From Takakia lepidozioides (Eukaryota > Plantae > Bryophyta): a stretch of DNA of 64,000 nucleotides. A program made the translations under genes and the position numbers. Each line of letters begins with the position of its first letter. The first letter of the stretch is position 1. The stretch spans positions 80,290,001-80,354,000 of the forward strand of contig CM060732.1 in assembly GCA_030704615.1 (NCBI GenBank), in the 5' to 3' direction. The notes beneath the pieces are model-generated. The model searched no databases, was not told the DNA's origin, and saw nothing but the letters and a program-made list of their open reading frames with translations. Shown in pieces: positions 13,601-27,099 of this stretch.

Positions 13601-16600
13601 CTTCAGTTGCCCCAACATCCTTGAAGGATTTAAGGCTGAAAAACTCATCTACCAAGCTGGGGTCAAAATTTGTCCGAGCATCAAGGTCCCGAACCCCTCG
13701 CCCTCTTGCCGCAAATTTATCGGTCTCCTGTATTTCTGAAAGCTCGGAGTCTGCTACACCGATTTCCATTGCTGAAGATCCATTGCCTTTCTCTGCCTTC
13801 ACAAGTGCAGGCATCTGAAGCTCTGACTTTGACCCGAACTCTCTGTGGGTCTGAATCCTCAGTTCATTCAAGAATCCAGGCCTGATTGCATTAGAACCCT
13901 CATTGTCACCTTTAATTTCTCGCTTGGCACGTGGAGCACTTCGGCTTTCCTGCTCTTCATCCTCAGTGATATCTATGATGCCAGGGTTCATGCCTTGCCA
14001 CTGGGCATCCCGAGCTCCCCCATACATCTTCCCCACCTTCGACGCTTTCCCAGTGTTGTCACTCTGTGGGTGGAAAACATGTGGGCTACTGATACCAATG
14101 TTTGTGTCACCATGTATTTTTTCCTTTGCCAATGGGATATGCTTGTTTCCTACTCTCTCTCTCACTTCACCAACTTGCAATGGTGGGAATACTTCCCTAC
14201 TCATATTCAAGTCATGGAAGGGGGCTGCATTTCTCTTGTTTGAAGCACTTGTAGAGCTCTCCACTGGCACAGACACTATCCCAAAACTTCCATCTGAAAT
14301 GGCTCCTCTAGGTGGCCACGACTGAGATTTGGCAGTCACCTCCTTGCCCACCTCCAATTCTTCTTGAAAATTGTCCTTGACATCAGCCCCTCTGACCCTC
14401 TCGTGCTGTGTAACTTTTTCAGGGGTCTCAGCAGAATCGTTGAGAGCAGTCTCAGTGCTTTCATCATTTGATGTGAATCTACCAGAGATCCCAGACATGA
14501 GGGACCCAATAGGTGGCCATGGTTGATAGGTGTCCCCCATAACCTCCTTAAAAGGATTACCCACAGCATTTTGACCATTAAGTCTCCCTTCTTGAAGATC
14601 TTCACCCCTTAAATTGCTAGTTTCTCTATCACCAGAATCAACAGTATCAATCAGAGCAGTCTGAATCCTTTCTACAGGCAACGAGAGTCTATCCGAGGTC
14701 GTAGATGTAAGGGGCCCAATGGGTGGCCATGGCTGATGAGTGTCGTCCACAACTCCCGCAGGTAGATTATCCCCACCATCCTGACCATTTAGTCTCTCTT
14801 CTTCAAGATCTTCACCCTTGAAACAGGCACTCTCTCTGTCAGTCAAATCAACCCCTGAATTGATTTTGACTGACTTGTACACCCTCTTACTAAAATCTCC
14901 TGGCAGTGGCGGGCCTGAGGATAGCCATGGCTGCCCACCTTCAGCAACTTCAGATTTCACAAAAGGTTTCCCACCAAAATCACGGCCAAAAAGCCTGACT
15001 TTTGCTGGTCGACTAACTTTCTGGGTCTGTTCCTTTTTAAGCAAATTCTCTCTTAGGGCAGAGCCGGAACTGTTCTCCTCCTCATCACTGTCATCAAAAT
15101 CACTGTCTTCATAGAGTTCATCATCATCTTCTTCTTCTTCCTCCTCCTCCTCCTCCTCCCGAGATACACCTGCAAACCCACCAAAAGTCTCACACCAGAA
15201 CTGTAACCAGAGGTGCAGCTTCTGCCAGCATTTTCATGTATGTGTTTGGGAGGGGTTAGAGTGCCAGAGTGCTCCCTCCAACAACCAATACAAGACATTG
15301 TATGTGTGTGTGTCTCTCTGTGAATAGGTAGCCAAAACAATTGCCACAAAAAGTGAAGTCGCAAACAGAACAACTGACATCTTCAGACTCTGCGTCCTAG
15401 GTTAAGCTGAGTACCCTATCTGATGAGTTTGAGGCGATTCCAATGAATTCACTTGGAAATTATGCTGCTTGTGCTTCACAAGCCTCTCCTTTGTGTGTTG
15501 CTGTTGGCTCTCTTTATTTGGCTTTGTTCCAAAAGCAAATCCATGCAGACTCGATAGAGAGGATATTGACTTATCCTTGTTAAACCCTGTATATGGACCC
15601 ATATCATAAAAGAATAATCACCAAGTCAGATTTACAAATCCAGAGATCACCAGAAATCTTGGGACAGTGATGTTGTTAAGACAAAGGGATTGTGTATGGC
15701 AGAGATTGTTGCAGATTCCCAGTGTTCTCCTAGAAAGCCTTGGCAACTATTCTAAACTAGGCGATTTGGGTGCCCCCTCAGTAGTCACTCAGCAGTGTTC
15801 TGAAACCAAGGTCAGTGCGTCTTCCTTCCTGGTTGGTTGAGCCTCTCAATAATGAGTAACAACACTGATAGACCACTAACAGGCCATAGACCAGATTGGT
15901 TAGGATGCTTGGAAGTGGGTTTCTTGACTCATAGATGGGTTGATGCACCGAGATGTGCGCCCCTGTGGGTGTTAAATGACAGACATGGCTCCCACGACGG
16001 ATTCACCCTTCAGTACAAGAGGGAAGACCACGAAGGTTCTGGGTTTGAATCAAGGTCTAGGTACTCTGCAAATTATGTCATCATGAACCACGGAAATATA
16101 CCTCCTTGGCGAGCGCTCCTCCCACTATCAGCACCAGAGGGCCCACCCATCGCATTTTCCATAGCCTTGTACCAATTCTCATCACTGGGATCTCCAGACA
16201 TAGCCACTTTTGTGGGTTTCCACTTGAGGTCTGAAGGGGTAGGCCTGGGCAATTCGTCTTGATCTTCAACCCCCCACACTATCACCTTTTCCCCTGTCTC
16301 CTCATCTTCGATTGTATAAGCACCTCTGTGCATTTTCTTCTGTGGGTACCTCCTGTAACCTCTACCAGAGTCTCGGTAACCGCCTCGGTATCCTCCAGAA
16401 TCCCTGACATTCTCCCTTGAATTATATCTGCGCTCCTGAGAATCATTGTAAGAAGAACCCCTGCCCCTGTAAGGTCCACTGGGACGGTCCCTGACCCCAC
16501 TTGAATTCTGCAATGAAGCATCTCTCCCATCTCTTGAGCCCCCATATCCCCTTGATGAGGCCCGAGCGTCTCCATTTGAAGCCCTGGCTGGCCAACTCCA

Positions 16601-16891
16601 CCCCAGAGACCTCCTACCACCGACAATTCCCGGTTTACATTCGTTATTAGGTTGTTCATGGAGTCTATGCTGGCCGAGAGAGGGCCTTGAATGCTCAAAG
16701 CTTACGAGCTCAAAAGTATTTTGCCGGAGCACAGGTTGGTGGCGTAGTTGTGGGTGGGGATGACAGGCAACCCCAACCGTGTGCATTGCTTCGTGGATCA
16801 TGGGTCCTGCTGAATCGTCTTCTTCCTTGAGGGAGACCAACTCTGTTGAAGCTCGGGATTTTAATCTGTACACTGTACTGTGTCGGCACAT
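10617..16891 (-). CDS. RH50: DEAD-box ATP-dependent RNA helicase 50, plastid-type; 8 exons, ~1182 aa
   Basis: Exons 16891-16102, 15169-13548, 13163-12969, 12807-12620, 12188-11975, 11576-11445, 11306-11134 and 10851-10617, all GT-AG, total 3549 nt in frame. Motifs: Q motif [48 protein letters not shown], and the RH50-like tail RNEKGHPVH. The start codon is uncertain and an upstream exon is possible. Confidence 0.88.
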
Positions 16892-17437
16892 GCACGAGAA
16901 GACATGTTGTCTCTAAACAATCGCACCACTTGTGTACCTACTCTCCATTTGATAAAATCCTACTCTCCATTTGCTTTGGAGATTCAAAACCCACGCTCTT
17001 CCACTAAACCCAAGAACCAGACTACCGAGAACAAGTTTTGGATAAGCTCCAATAAAACTTGTAGCACGCTGCTTATGGTAGCTTTATGTTGTGCGTGATC
17101 AAACATCCATCATTGGCTTTTAGTTATCCAGAACTTTATCCGTGTGGTTTAGGCTCCTCACGGAATGGTGATATTGAACATATGAAAATTTTCCCCTTTG
17201 TCTGGCAGAAAAACTCAACGAATAGGGAAAAAGAAGATGTGCTGCCCCCACTCTGCAGATTGTAGAAGCCTTCCATAGCTTTGTCTCCTACAAGTAAGAA
17301 GACGGACGGCCCCGCAGGAACCCATCCTTCTAGCACTGCATTGACGAGGGGCTGCAAGTCGTCTTACCCTCAACTGCGCCACCCACCTCTACCCACCTCT
17401 GTGCCGTCATAATCGTTGTGAGCTGGTTAGATTTGAC
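16892..17437. promoter_or_regulatory. Probable shared (bidirectional) promoter region
   Basis: About 550 bp between the divergent ATGs of RH50 (-) and the unknown gene (+). Confidence 0.45.
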
Positions 17438-19620
17438 ATGGTGGGCTCTTCAAAGTGCTCTATTAAAAGTTACACCCTGCTTGAATTCTATAGCCAACGT
17501 GATTACAGTTTCCAACCAGGAATTTCCGCTGGAACGAGGTCTCTGGGGTCAAGTTGGTATGGCAGGGCTTCAAACGGAGGCTCATCAGCTAGATACAGGT
17601 GCTCAAGAGGAAACTATGCCAGGATAAGAAGTATTCATCTTGGCAGAGAAGAACGTCTAGGCTTATTGAAAGTGAATAGGAGAGCCTCGGGAGGACGGAA
17701 ATTTTTCCCTCAGAATCGTGATGGCTTTAGAGAAGTATCTGCAAGTGCTGGGGACAGCATTGATGGGTCGGCAGATTCGAGGGCTGTTGGCGAAGCACCT
17801 GCAACTCCTGGACCTACGTTGGCCACAAACGAGTGGAGAGGATCCAGTATACTCGAAGCAGGAGTTTCCTTTATTAGGGGGAGGTTGGAGAAAAAGGCGG
17901 AATATGTGAAGCAAGCGCTGGTGTCCATCGAGGAGGCGGTGGCGCCCACTCCATATGCGCCTGCCCAGGGTGACGAAGCCATTACCTTCGTTCTCTCCTG
18001 GTGAGTTGATCAAAATTCCTGTGGAAAACTGGAATAAGGGGAAGATAGGATGACATAGTCCCAGTCCGGTTGAGAGAGGAAATGCACTCATGTGACGAGA
18101 GAGGAGTTTTATTGAGCAGCATGTATATACACAGACAGACAGGGAGCCCACATTCTCAGAAGGAGCATAAGCTCAGTCCTGTCCGACAGATGGCATGGCA
18201 AACAGTGTGATTTGGGCTTGAGCTTACCACAACATTTTTCAGGTATGGCCCAAGCCGGTGCTGGCACCTGACAGGGATGGAGTGAGCACTGTTCTGATCT
18301 GGTTTGTATACTAAAATTACTTGTTCAGAAGACTTATACTGCAGGGTCTAATGGGTTTTGCCAAACCTGCCAACTCTACCTTTGGAAAATTCAAAAGGAA
18401 GAAGAAATTCGACCTGATAACAACAATGTAAGCCCAAGGGGTTGTGAATTCCGTGAACTCTCCAGAGCATCTTTGTCTTTCTTGCTGGGTAGCTAGAAGA
18501 AACATGCATGCCGCATGCGACTCTCTTAACATAATGTGCAAATTGTATCCTTTGGTTGACAATGAAACTTGTCACAACAGATACAACAGATAATAGAGGC
18601 CACAAACCCATGGGTTCAACCCCTCACTTGGCTGAGGAATCTCAAGACGCAACAATTCAGCTACATACACTGAGACACTGTTCTGCTGGTCCCAGACACA
18701 AATGTGGAGTGGAATGCAGTGGTATGAAACAAGTGGTGAAACAAACTAGTATATTTCATTTCTGGCCAGAGAGTCATGCATGCCAGCAATGTTAATGTAG
18801 GGGTCAGGTCTACAATAGTTGGACCCTCAGGAGGGTCTCGTCATGGTGTGCAATTTACCATGTGCTTATGTGTGGTCACATGTATATTTCTTTACTGCAA
18901 GCTGACCTAAGAAGGGAAGTAGCTTAGGATGACAGATTCAGGATAACTTGAGGAACATGAAGGACATCTATTGTGGCATTTAGTGCTTTGCCAAGATGTT
19001 TCATTTGGCTTGGTAAAATGCTTCCAAGGTTCCATATCGTTGTGGAGAGAATCATTACAACATGTTGGATAAGCTACCTAACAGTAACCTTGCAAGCAAT
19101 ACGAGTTGACCCACCATCTGAATTTGTCATCTCTGTCTGTCTGTCTCTCTCTCAACCACACAATCAGAATTTGCCAGCTCTGAACAGGTTGGTGTCCATT
19201 CTGAGTCTCTTGTTTCGCTTGGATCTCTTTTCTGTTTGCACTGCTAGCAGGGCTTGAGTCTACAGCATCCTAAGAAGCCATGGGTACATTGTTTTGTTTT
19301 CTGTATTTGGTAGTTTGGCGCTGGTGACGGCATTCTGGGTGAGCAACTACCTAGCTCCTGCCTTGATATTCGGCAAGACTGTCTTCAGACAGGAGGAGGG
19401 GAACGACAACTTTAGTGACACGAGGGAGGGTGAGGGACTTGGTGGTACTGGCCTAACTAGTACTCCCAGAACAGAGGAGGAGCTGATGAAACGCGCAACA
19501 AATATGGATTTCAGTGTGTTTGCTGATGCAAGGCTTAAACCTCTAAAGGATGCAGCAGACTTAGGATTCAAAGCAGGGCGGAGACAGGGACGCAAGAGTA
19601 GGAAAAACAGTCAGAAGTGA
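17438..19620 (+). CDS. Uncharacterised protein, putative plastid transit peptide plus one TM helix; 2 exons, ~305 aa
   Basis: Exon 17438-18000 (TG/GTGAG) splices in frame to 19266-19620 (TACAG/C), 918 nt in total. Ser/Arg-rich N-terminus, hydrophobic segment YIVLFSVFGSLALVTAFWVSNYLAP, basic tail. Confidence 0.65.
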
Positions 19621-22600
19621 CTCCTGGTTCAACCCAACAGTATGGATTACAGGACATGACTTTATACATGTTTTCTCCTAAACTGGTCTAATATGGTCTG
19701 TTTTCTAAGAGTGTGTTTGGCTTCAAGCTATGCAAGTTTTTAGTCATTAACTTCCCCGAAAACCGTATCTGTAGCAATTCTTTGGTAAACTGGTAGATGT
19801 TTTTGTCCGAATAATTAATTAGCCCAAGATTGGGCCACAATACCACCAGTACCAGGATGAAGTTATGTGACTTCGGTAGCAAATCCAGCATTGCTGACCA
19901 TTCTCAGCAAACTGGAGTTGATTCCTGGTTATGAGCAATGTTTCATTCTCAAGGGCAGAGTTTTTCAGTAGAAGCACCTAAGGGTGGGTTTCTATTTCTG
20001 CTGAAAACTCAGTATGCAGGGTCTTTGAGCACCATGCCAACCCTTGGAGATGCTGGAGAACTAAGCTCCCAACTTCAAAAGCCTTGATGTCACCAGCTAC
20101 TGGCTCTCGGCTGGATCTCTTGGTAGCTCTCTTTCTTTGGAGCAGTTGAGGCCGGCATAGACCTCGCGCGGAACATTTTGTACCCAGTAATGGTAACGTT
20201 TAGAGATTCCAAATTGCAGGTCCACCTAGTTCCTAGGGGGCAAGTTCCCCATGAGAGAATAGTTTCTCCCTGACCCTCCTCAAACATTATTTGAAATCAC
20301 TTTGTATGAAGCGTGCCGCGACTCGGTAGTCTGGTCCTGTCTTCGGAGGTTAGGCTCGGTTTTGGGACCATACACCTCTGTGCCTCCACTGCCCTAGATG
20401 AACATATATGCCAAGTACCCAGAGAGAGGTTTAAAAAGAAAGTTTTCTAGGGCTACAATCCCCCTGTTCTTAAAAAAAAAAAAAAAAAACAAACACAAAA
20501 GAAAACCAAAACCAAAAGCCCAAATGGGGCTCGATGGGCACTTAGGGGTTACTAAAGGATATTTTCCTCTGTCAGACCTTCAAACCTGTCAGACCTTCAA
20601 GCGGTAATGGAATTTTCTGGAAGCATGCATGGTTGTCGTAGCGTGGACAATTGTGAAAAATCTATCGCAAAACTAGAACTGTCGTCGTAACCCTACCTTG
20701 CCACCCTATTGGTCATTCCCACCCTCTCTATTTTTAGCACTGTCAAGTTATTTTACCACTAGTGTGAAGTTAGCTAGGAAATAACTAGCTTTCATATATT
20801 GACATTTGGGATTGACCCAAGTGTCAATCCAGGGACCAATACATGTTTGGGCACCTGACGTTGTTAACTTCACGGCAGAATCGTGGTGGTCTCATCTTTC
20901 TCGAGTTGAGCCTTACCGCGTCTAGCTATGGCGCCGTAGTGTGGATTCCCCATGGCGTGGGGTGCACTTGGCTCGACTTAATATATAAGTGATGTTCTCA
21001 TGTGCAAGTGTGTGAGTTTGAGAGAGCTTGTATGCTTGTATCATATCTTTCTTTATCACTCGAGAAAGATCAGCTCGAGTCTGTCAGTGCCAGGTTCGAG
21101 TTAGTTGTAGCACTTGTATTTTCAGATCATGAGAAGCGGTTCAACCTAAAGTGCAGGAAGCCGTGCATGAGCCTATCCAAAGCGGATAGAGTGCAAAGAC
21201 GAACAGGTTGCAGGTTTGACATGGATAGAGAGGCGGGTAGCCTATGTTGAAGAGCGGCGTTGCATAGCTCAACGCTATGACAACCAAGTTTGGGCTTCTA
21301 GTGTGAAGCGGATGAGATGCTGGCCACGAGTGGGCGAACTGGTAGTCGTCTTCTTCAGCTGTAGGCCGAGTTAAGGAGCTACAAAAATGTGGGCTGCGCA
21401 TGGACATCTAGCATGTTGCAGGTTGGAGATGACATGATGAGCTCCAGGTATTTCTGCCCGAAACTAGTTGTTGCGGGTAGATGAGGAGCAGCCGAATGGT
21501 GGAGCTGCGAGGGGATGCATCGCAGCCCGTTAGAAGCTTCAGTTCCAAGCTCATGAAGAGGTATAAGTGAAGAGAGGGGGCTGGTCCCTCTTGTGTGCAA
21601 ATCAGTGCACTTGTGAAACATGTGCTGAGTTGGAGTTTCAATCTGAAACTCAGCAGTGTAAGGGCTCTTGGAGTGGCAAGAGCGGGGCTGGAAGGGCAGC
21701 AACGAGGCGCCCTAGAGCCAGGGGATATGCATGAGAAGTGCATGTGCACCAAGCTTGTAAAGGTGTGTATTTTCAGATTCGTTTTTATGAGCTTCATGAA
21801 GAAATAGAGCTTGTTGGGTAGCATAATGTTGCTTGTTGAGTCTAGGGTGCCTCTGGGGGGTCGTGAGAGCCCAAGAGAGCATGGCAGCAGGTCTGGTGGC
21901 TTCGCAGAAGCCATAGCTCGTCGGCAGCAGGTGCAGGAGCAAACCCCAGCTCGGGGAGAGCTCGGGAACGCCTCGAGAACGCATGGGAACTCATTGGGAG
22001 TTCCAGGGAACAGAGAATAGTGGCCGTGATGGGCCGTTGGGGCGGTATTGCGAGATACCATGAGCCCAGGTCGTGATGGTTGACCGTGACCGTTGACCGT
22101 GACCGTTGGAAGTCGTGGTGCGGACACAACGAGTGGGCACGGTGACCAGATCGTGGGGATGGCGGGCAGTGAAGGCTCGTGGAAGTGGTACCACGGGGTA
22201 TCACTGGGCAGCCCGTGGCCAACGAGTGCCTAGGGCGGGCCATGAGGAGTCGTGGCGGTTGGAGCCACGGAAGGCCGCGAACAGTTAAAGTGAAATAAAT
22301 AAATAAATAAGAAATAAAAATAAAAATAAAAAATCTTTTTTCACTCGTTTCGTGGGACCTTGATGGGGAGGCTGGGCTCTGAAGAACAACGGTTTTGAGC
22401 TAGCTGATCCGGCAGAAAAGTCGGAATTGCCTCCCTGTTGCATTTTAACAAAGGGGATTACTTCCCTGCAAGTAATCTTTTCGGGTTTTCAGCCCAATTC
22501 TTAACTATGGGGAAGACCAGCCTGCAGGTAATTCCTTTGGACAGAATGTTGTTGGGGCCTATATGTACCTCTATTTGCTCCATTTTTGAACCTTCAGTGA

Positions 22601-23339
22601 ACGGCGTGGTTTCCTGAGGTGGTTCCATTATGAGGAATGACTGGTGGACGTAAGGAGGCACTGGCAGACCCTGTGGAGGCTTACATGGGGCCTTGGAGGC
22701 CAAGTTTCATGAGCTCGTGGAGGGCGGTTTGAGGAGTGTCTACAGGATGCTCTCATGGTCATGCAAGTGAGAGAAGAGAGGAAAAAAGAGGGTGTTGGGA
22801 TGAGAGCGTGCTGGGGATAGGCATTGCTTTAGTTTCCCTTCCTCGTAGCTTTCCACCTTCTCTGTAGGCCGAGACCTTTCCGTAGGTGGAGGCAAGAGTC
22901 AGTCCGGGTTTGGGCTGGGTTGCAGGAGCAACACTGTGGAAAGATTTTTGGTGTGGGGGAGTTGTTGTTTTCATTCTTGTGTTTGGATCCTCTCCACACC
23001 TGCATGTTTGATTGTGCGCCATGCTAGTTTTGTGTGGGCGCTTGATTTTATAGGTGGTGGACTCGGGCTTGATCGCCGATCCCACCCTAGAGCATGTTGT
23101 CGATGGTGAGGCTAGGTTGATGACCAGTCAAACCATCTTTGTTTCTCCTGTGGTGAGGTTGGAGGTGATGACCAGCCAACCATAGGAGTGCCTGCGGTGG
23201 ATGTAGGTGCAGGTGCAGGCTATGTTAGGAACCTAGTATTCCAGACCATAAGCCGCATCAGGTTCTCTACCCGGTTACCTTGTGGAGAAGGGGTTAGAGA
23301 CAGGTTCATGGCCGGTTGAGTGCCAGTTTGTCAACACGG

Positions 23340-23780
23340 AGATACCACTAGTTGCTGGGGAAAGTGCCGGTATGAGCACTAGTGATACTAGCGGGTATAC
23401 GAGACGAGGTATGCGGTTTAGGCCACCTTCACCTCCTGTGTCTTCTACATAAGGTTCTGATTCGGATTGTGAATCAAGATGACTCACACCGGCGGTGCAA
23501 GTTGTTTCCTTGTCATTGTTGTGGGACACAATGGAGGAGATGTATGGAGCCACCAAGGGGCCACGAAGGTACTCTGGGGCAGTGGGCACCATTGAGTTGG
23601 ATGATTTTATCCAAGAGTTTGATAGTTTGATGTGATTTGCAGCAAATACGCAATCCACAACTGTTTACGCCTTTTATGGCATGGAAGGGGCTGTTTCAGC
23701 ACCTTGATTACCATGAGTTTTAACGGGGGCATGATGTTGAGATCGAGGAGTGGAGGATGTACTGGTCACCCGACTATGTC
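23340..23780 (+). mobile_element. Degenerate gag-like retroelement remnant
   Basis: Frameshifted GTIELDDFIQEFD / CDLQQIRNPQLFTPFMAWKGLFQHL resembles a Ty3/Gypsy gag N-terminus. Recognised by eye only. Confidence 0.4.
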
Positions 23781-24240
23781 TCCATCACTAGAGGTACTAG
23801 AGGCACAAGGGCAGCAGCCACACCGGCAGCTGCACCTGCACCAGCAGCTACAACAGCAGCTTTCACGATGAGTAGTGGGACTAGTGGTACAACAGCTACG
23901 ACGGCCACCAAAGCTACTACTGCAATAGCACCGCCGCATACGTTGTCTCTCTCCTCTAGTGACAATGGGTCCAATGTCAGGCTCCCAATTGCCCTTCGTA
24001 ACTGCAACCTTAAGTCCAACAGACTTAGAGGTAGAGGACGCGTCTCGTGGTTGCTATGCCGCAACCTCTTGAGCAGTACTCCCTACCTACTCAGTCAATG
24101 ACAAGGCCTCATCCTGCCCCATCATCTTATCCTTGATGACCTCCTCAACCCGAGAAGAATCCCCAACCTCATCCATCACAGCCGCCTTGGCTGCCAACTC
24201 CTTCTGAACCTCGAGCACCTCCCACGTGTGCCATGGATGT

Positions 24241-26110
24241 CTACACCCTTTCCAATACGTTTGCAACTTGACTTGGAGGTATTCTTATGAGGACGCGTCG
24301 TCCACACAACGTTGTTTGTCTAAATCCAGGTTGGTGGATCAGACGGGTTGAACTCCCAAACTTTACTTCAACTATATTTATAGCTCTCCACATTGTCGGG
24401 TGTACCACCTTTAGTTCTCTACCACTCCACAACTTAGACTTGGTGATACCGAGGACTTGACTTGTCACGAACGAATTCTAAAATTGCCACACCCATCCAG
24501 ATGGGATACGTCTCAGTATCTGCTGACCGAACAAGAACGAAATTTCCAACCTCAATGTCCTTGAAGGAGTTCATTGGCTCCTTAGGCTTTTGGCTCTTTG
24601 GTCCACAATATGGATGCATCTGATTCACATCTTCCTCCTCTTCCGCCTCTTCATCAATTTCAACCCTAATCCCATCTCTATCATGATTATCCTTCCATCG
24701 AGTCGAAGGCCAGAACCCTTCGTGAAGCTTGTCACTGGGAGGTGGAAAGGTTTGTCAAGTTCCACTAGAATATCATTCCAGTATTCATCAAAGTTCTTCA
24801 TGATGGCTCCATAGTTGTTGTCCAGCTCCATTCCACGTCTCCAAAAGTCACGATACTTACATATACATAATACCATTATAGGGCCCACCCCCGAAAGGGG
24901 GCAATAGCCGTAAGGCGAAGTGGCTCTTAGTTACGCCGGCTTTGGTTGAAGTCTCTCTCTCTTTACATAATACCATTCACAATATGGACATTTTTCTCAC
25001 GAGATTCCTCTTTGCTCTTACCTTCTCAAATAGGTTTTAGCAAAACATGTACTGTCTCCCTCTTTAGGAGAAGGGGAGACCTCCCGTCCTCCGCCACCTT
25101 CCACATTTTCACAGCACCCTGTTTTGGAAGCCAGTCAGCGTCGGTACCCGATTTCTTGTATTTCATTACTGGCCAACCCTCACCACCAACATAAATCAAA
25201 AAATATGCATCTATGCCATCCCGATCAGCCTGTCGTTCTCGTCAATTACATACCCGTCCACATACTTCTTGAAATCTGAACCTCATGTATCAACTAAGGA
25301 ATGAATGAGGGGTGTTGAGACTCCATAAACAAACACATGAGATCCGCCATGATATATGTGTTGTTCTGTTTTAGCTTCCTCGAGAGATAACTAAAGTATG
25401 CATCAATGCCCTTGTGCGTATGACCTACCATCATGATCCCTTCAAAAAACCCTCTCACTGGCAGAAGCGACAGAAATGCCAGCATCCATCAATTCTTGTT
25501 GTCCTTTACGCAATTGTCCATTTGTAGATTGAGTCAACGTGGTAATGGCTTTGGTCCACCTTGCCCTTCAATAATAAAGGGCTTGAGAGCTCTTCCACAC
25601 CTCGATTTTTCCCTCATGATGGTTTTAAAAAATGAGTTTTGCATTGGTGAATCGAAAATCTTTCATTTTTCATGGCACGGTGGTTTTTCAAGTTGCCGAA
25701 GACAACGAGCCAACGAACTGACCGTAAAGTTGGGATTATTCGACCAGAATTCGTTAGAGAACTGAGCATAGGCACCATCACCATGTCCGTGGATCATCAT
25801 GCCTATCAGTGATATTGGCAGCTGCCCTAGACCAGATATCGTCTTGTTTCTTACTTGTAACCTTGGCAACGCAGTCTTTGAATGGTCCATCTTATCGTGA
25901 GTAATATATAGAAATTCCTCCCCCATCATCGTTGACTCATTCCTCCAACTGTGATAAAGCCTTCAACATGACTCTTGATGCTTCGAGTGTCTCTCCAATT
26001 TTTTCTTATGTTTTTTCTGCTCCTCAATTCGGTTGACTGATTTGTGGATTAAGTCTTTAAAGATCTCGCAATCCGCACAGATATAAAATGCTTGGCAACA
26101 TTTGTGAAGC
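24241..26110 (-). mobile_element. Degenerate DNA transposase, Sola-like (DDD)
   Basis: Fragments HDKMDHSKTALPRLQ..., LQMDNCVKDNKN and MVGHTHKGIDAYFS. The DNC..NKN and GHTH..ID..FS motifs are typical of Sola-type transposases. Many stops and frameshifts. Confidence 0.55.
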
Positions 26111-26449
26111 TAGGCTTTCACCCTTAGGCAAGTCCAGATTCATGTAGTAGTTGCTTATGGGCTGTTTATAGCTGTGGTTTTGTCTCTTCTTGCTTGTAGG
26201 TTTCTTTTGGTTTCATAAACTCTTTGAGCTTTTCACAGTGATTATGAAGTACCATCTTGTTTCATTGCTTGTTTTGTTTGCTATTTTCATCTTCTCTTCA
26301 GGCTTTCCATAGACGTCATAATCCTTCTTAATTTTACTGCCCTTTATACTATGAGATATGTGGGGCATTGAACTGTCTATTCATTTGCTAAAGTGGGCTA
26401 CAATACTTATCTTTCCTCGTTATTCTATGGAAGATAAGCTGTATGAAAA

Positions 26450-27099
26450 ATGGGTTCATCTTTTCTCTTCCACAGAGGGCTTGGCATTCCATCTGGTCTG
26501 AAATCTGACATCCGCACAAAGCTGTGAAATTAAGTGTCTTTTTATGGAGGCTATCTCACTGCATTCTCCTTGTGGCGTGTCATATGCTGGTTCCTCCATT
26601 GGTTACTTGTTCCATGTGCCTCTCTCGGTTGCCTGAGACTCTCGAGCATTGTATGTTGTCTTGTAACTTTGCTCGACAGGTTTGGAGAAGAATCCGATCC
26701 ATTCTCCTTCCTTGGAGAACAATTGACATCAGCGACCAGACTCTATTTGTTTTTAACATCTATAATGGGGTCGCATGGTTGTCTTCTCAGCTCTGGAATT
26801 GTTTCAGGGCCTTGGGTCTGTGGCACATCTGGAAAACCAGATGTTCTTGGATCTATGATGGTAAACCCCCCTGCCTTTTCGCCACTCTTGCTCGTTTACA
26901 TTTTGATCTAATTATTCAAGGCCGAAAATTGTGGAATCTGTTGGTCTTAGCAGTACACAGATGCTCTGAAGACAAACGCTCGGCCTTACTCAACGTCTTC
27001 GATGGCACTTGGACCCTTCGATGCATCCTCTGCTCCAGGGTTGGATATAGTCCTTATTGGGTCAATAAACCTGCACCTGATGTCTGGAGAATCGCCTAG
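26450..27099 (+). mobile_element. L1-clade LINE ORF2 3' end (zf-RVT)
   Basis: KLSVFLWRL...CSMC...ETLEHCMLSCNFARQVW...LWHIWKTRC is the plant L1 zf-RVT signature. Confidence 0.8.

Noticed and set aside
20900-23100. Cluster of GC-rich ORFs up to 239 aa and a short GACCGT repeat
   Set aside because: No recognisable domains. Probably non-coding TE-derived sequence that I cannot classify.
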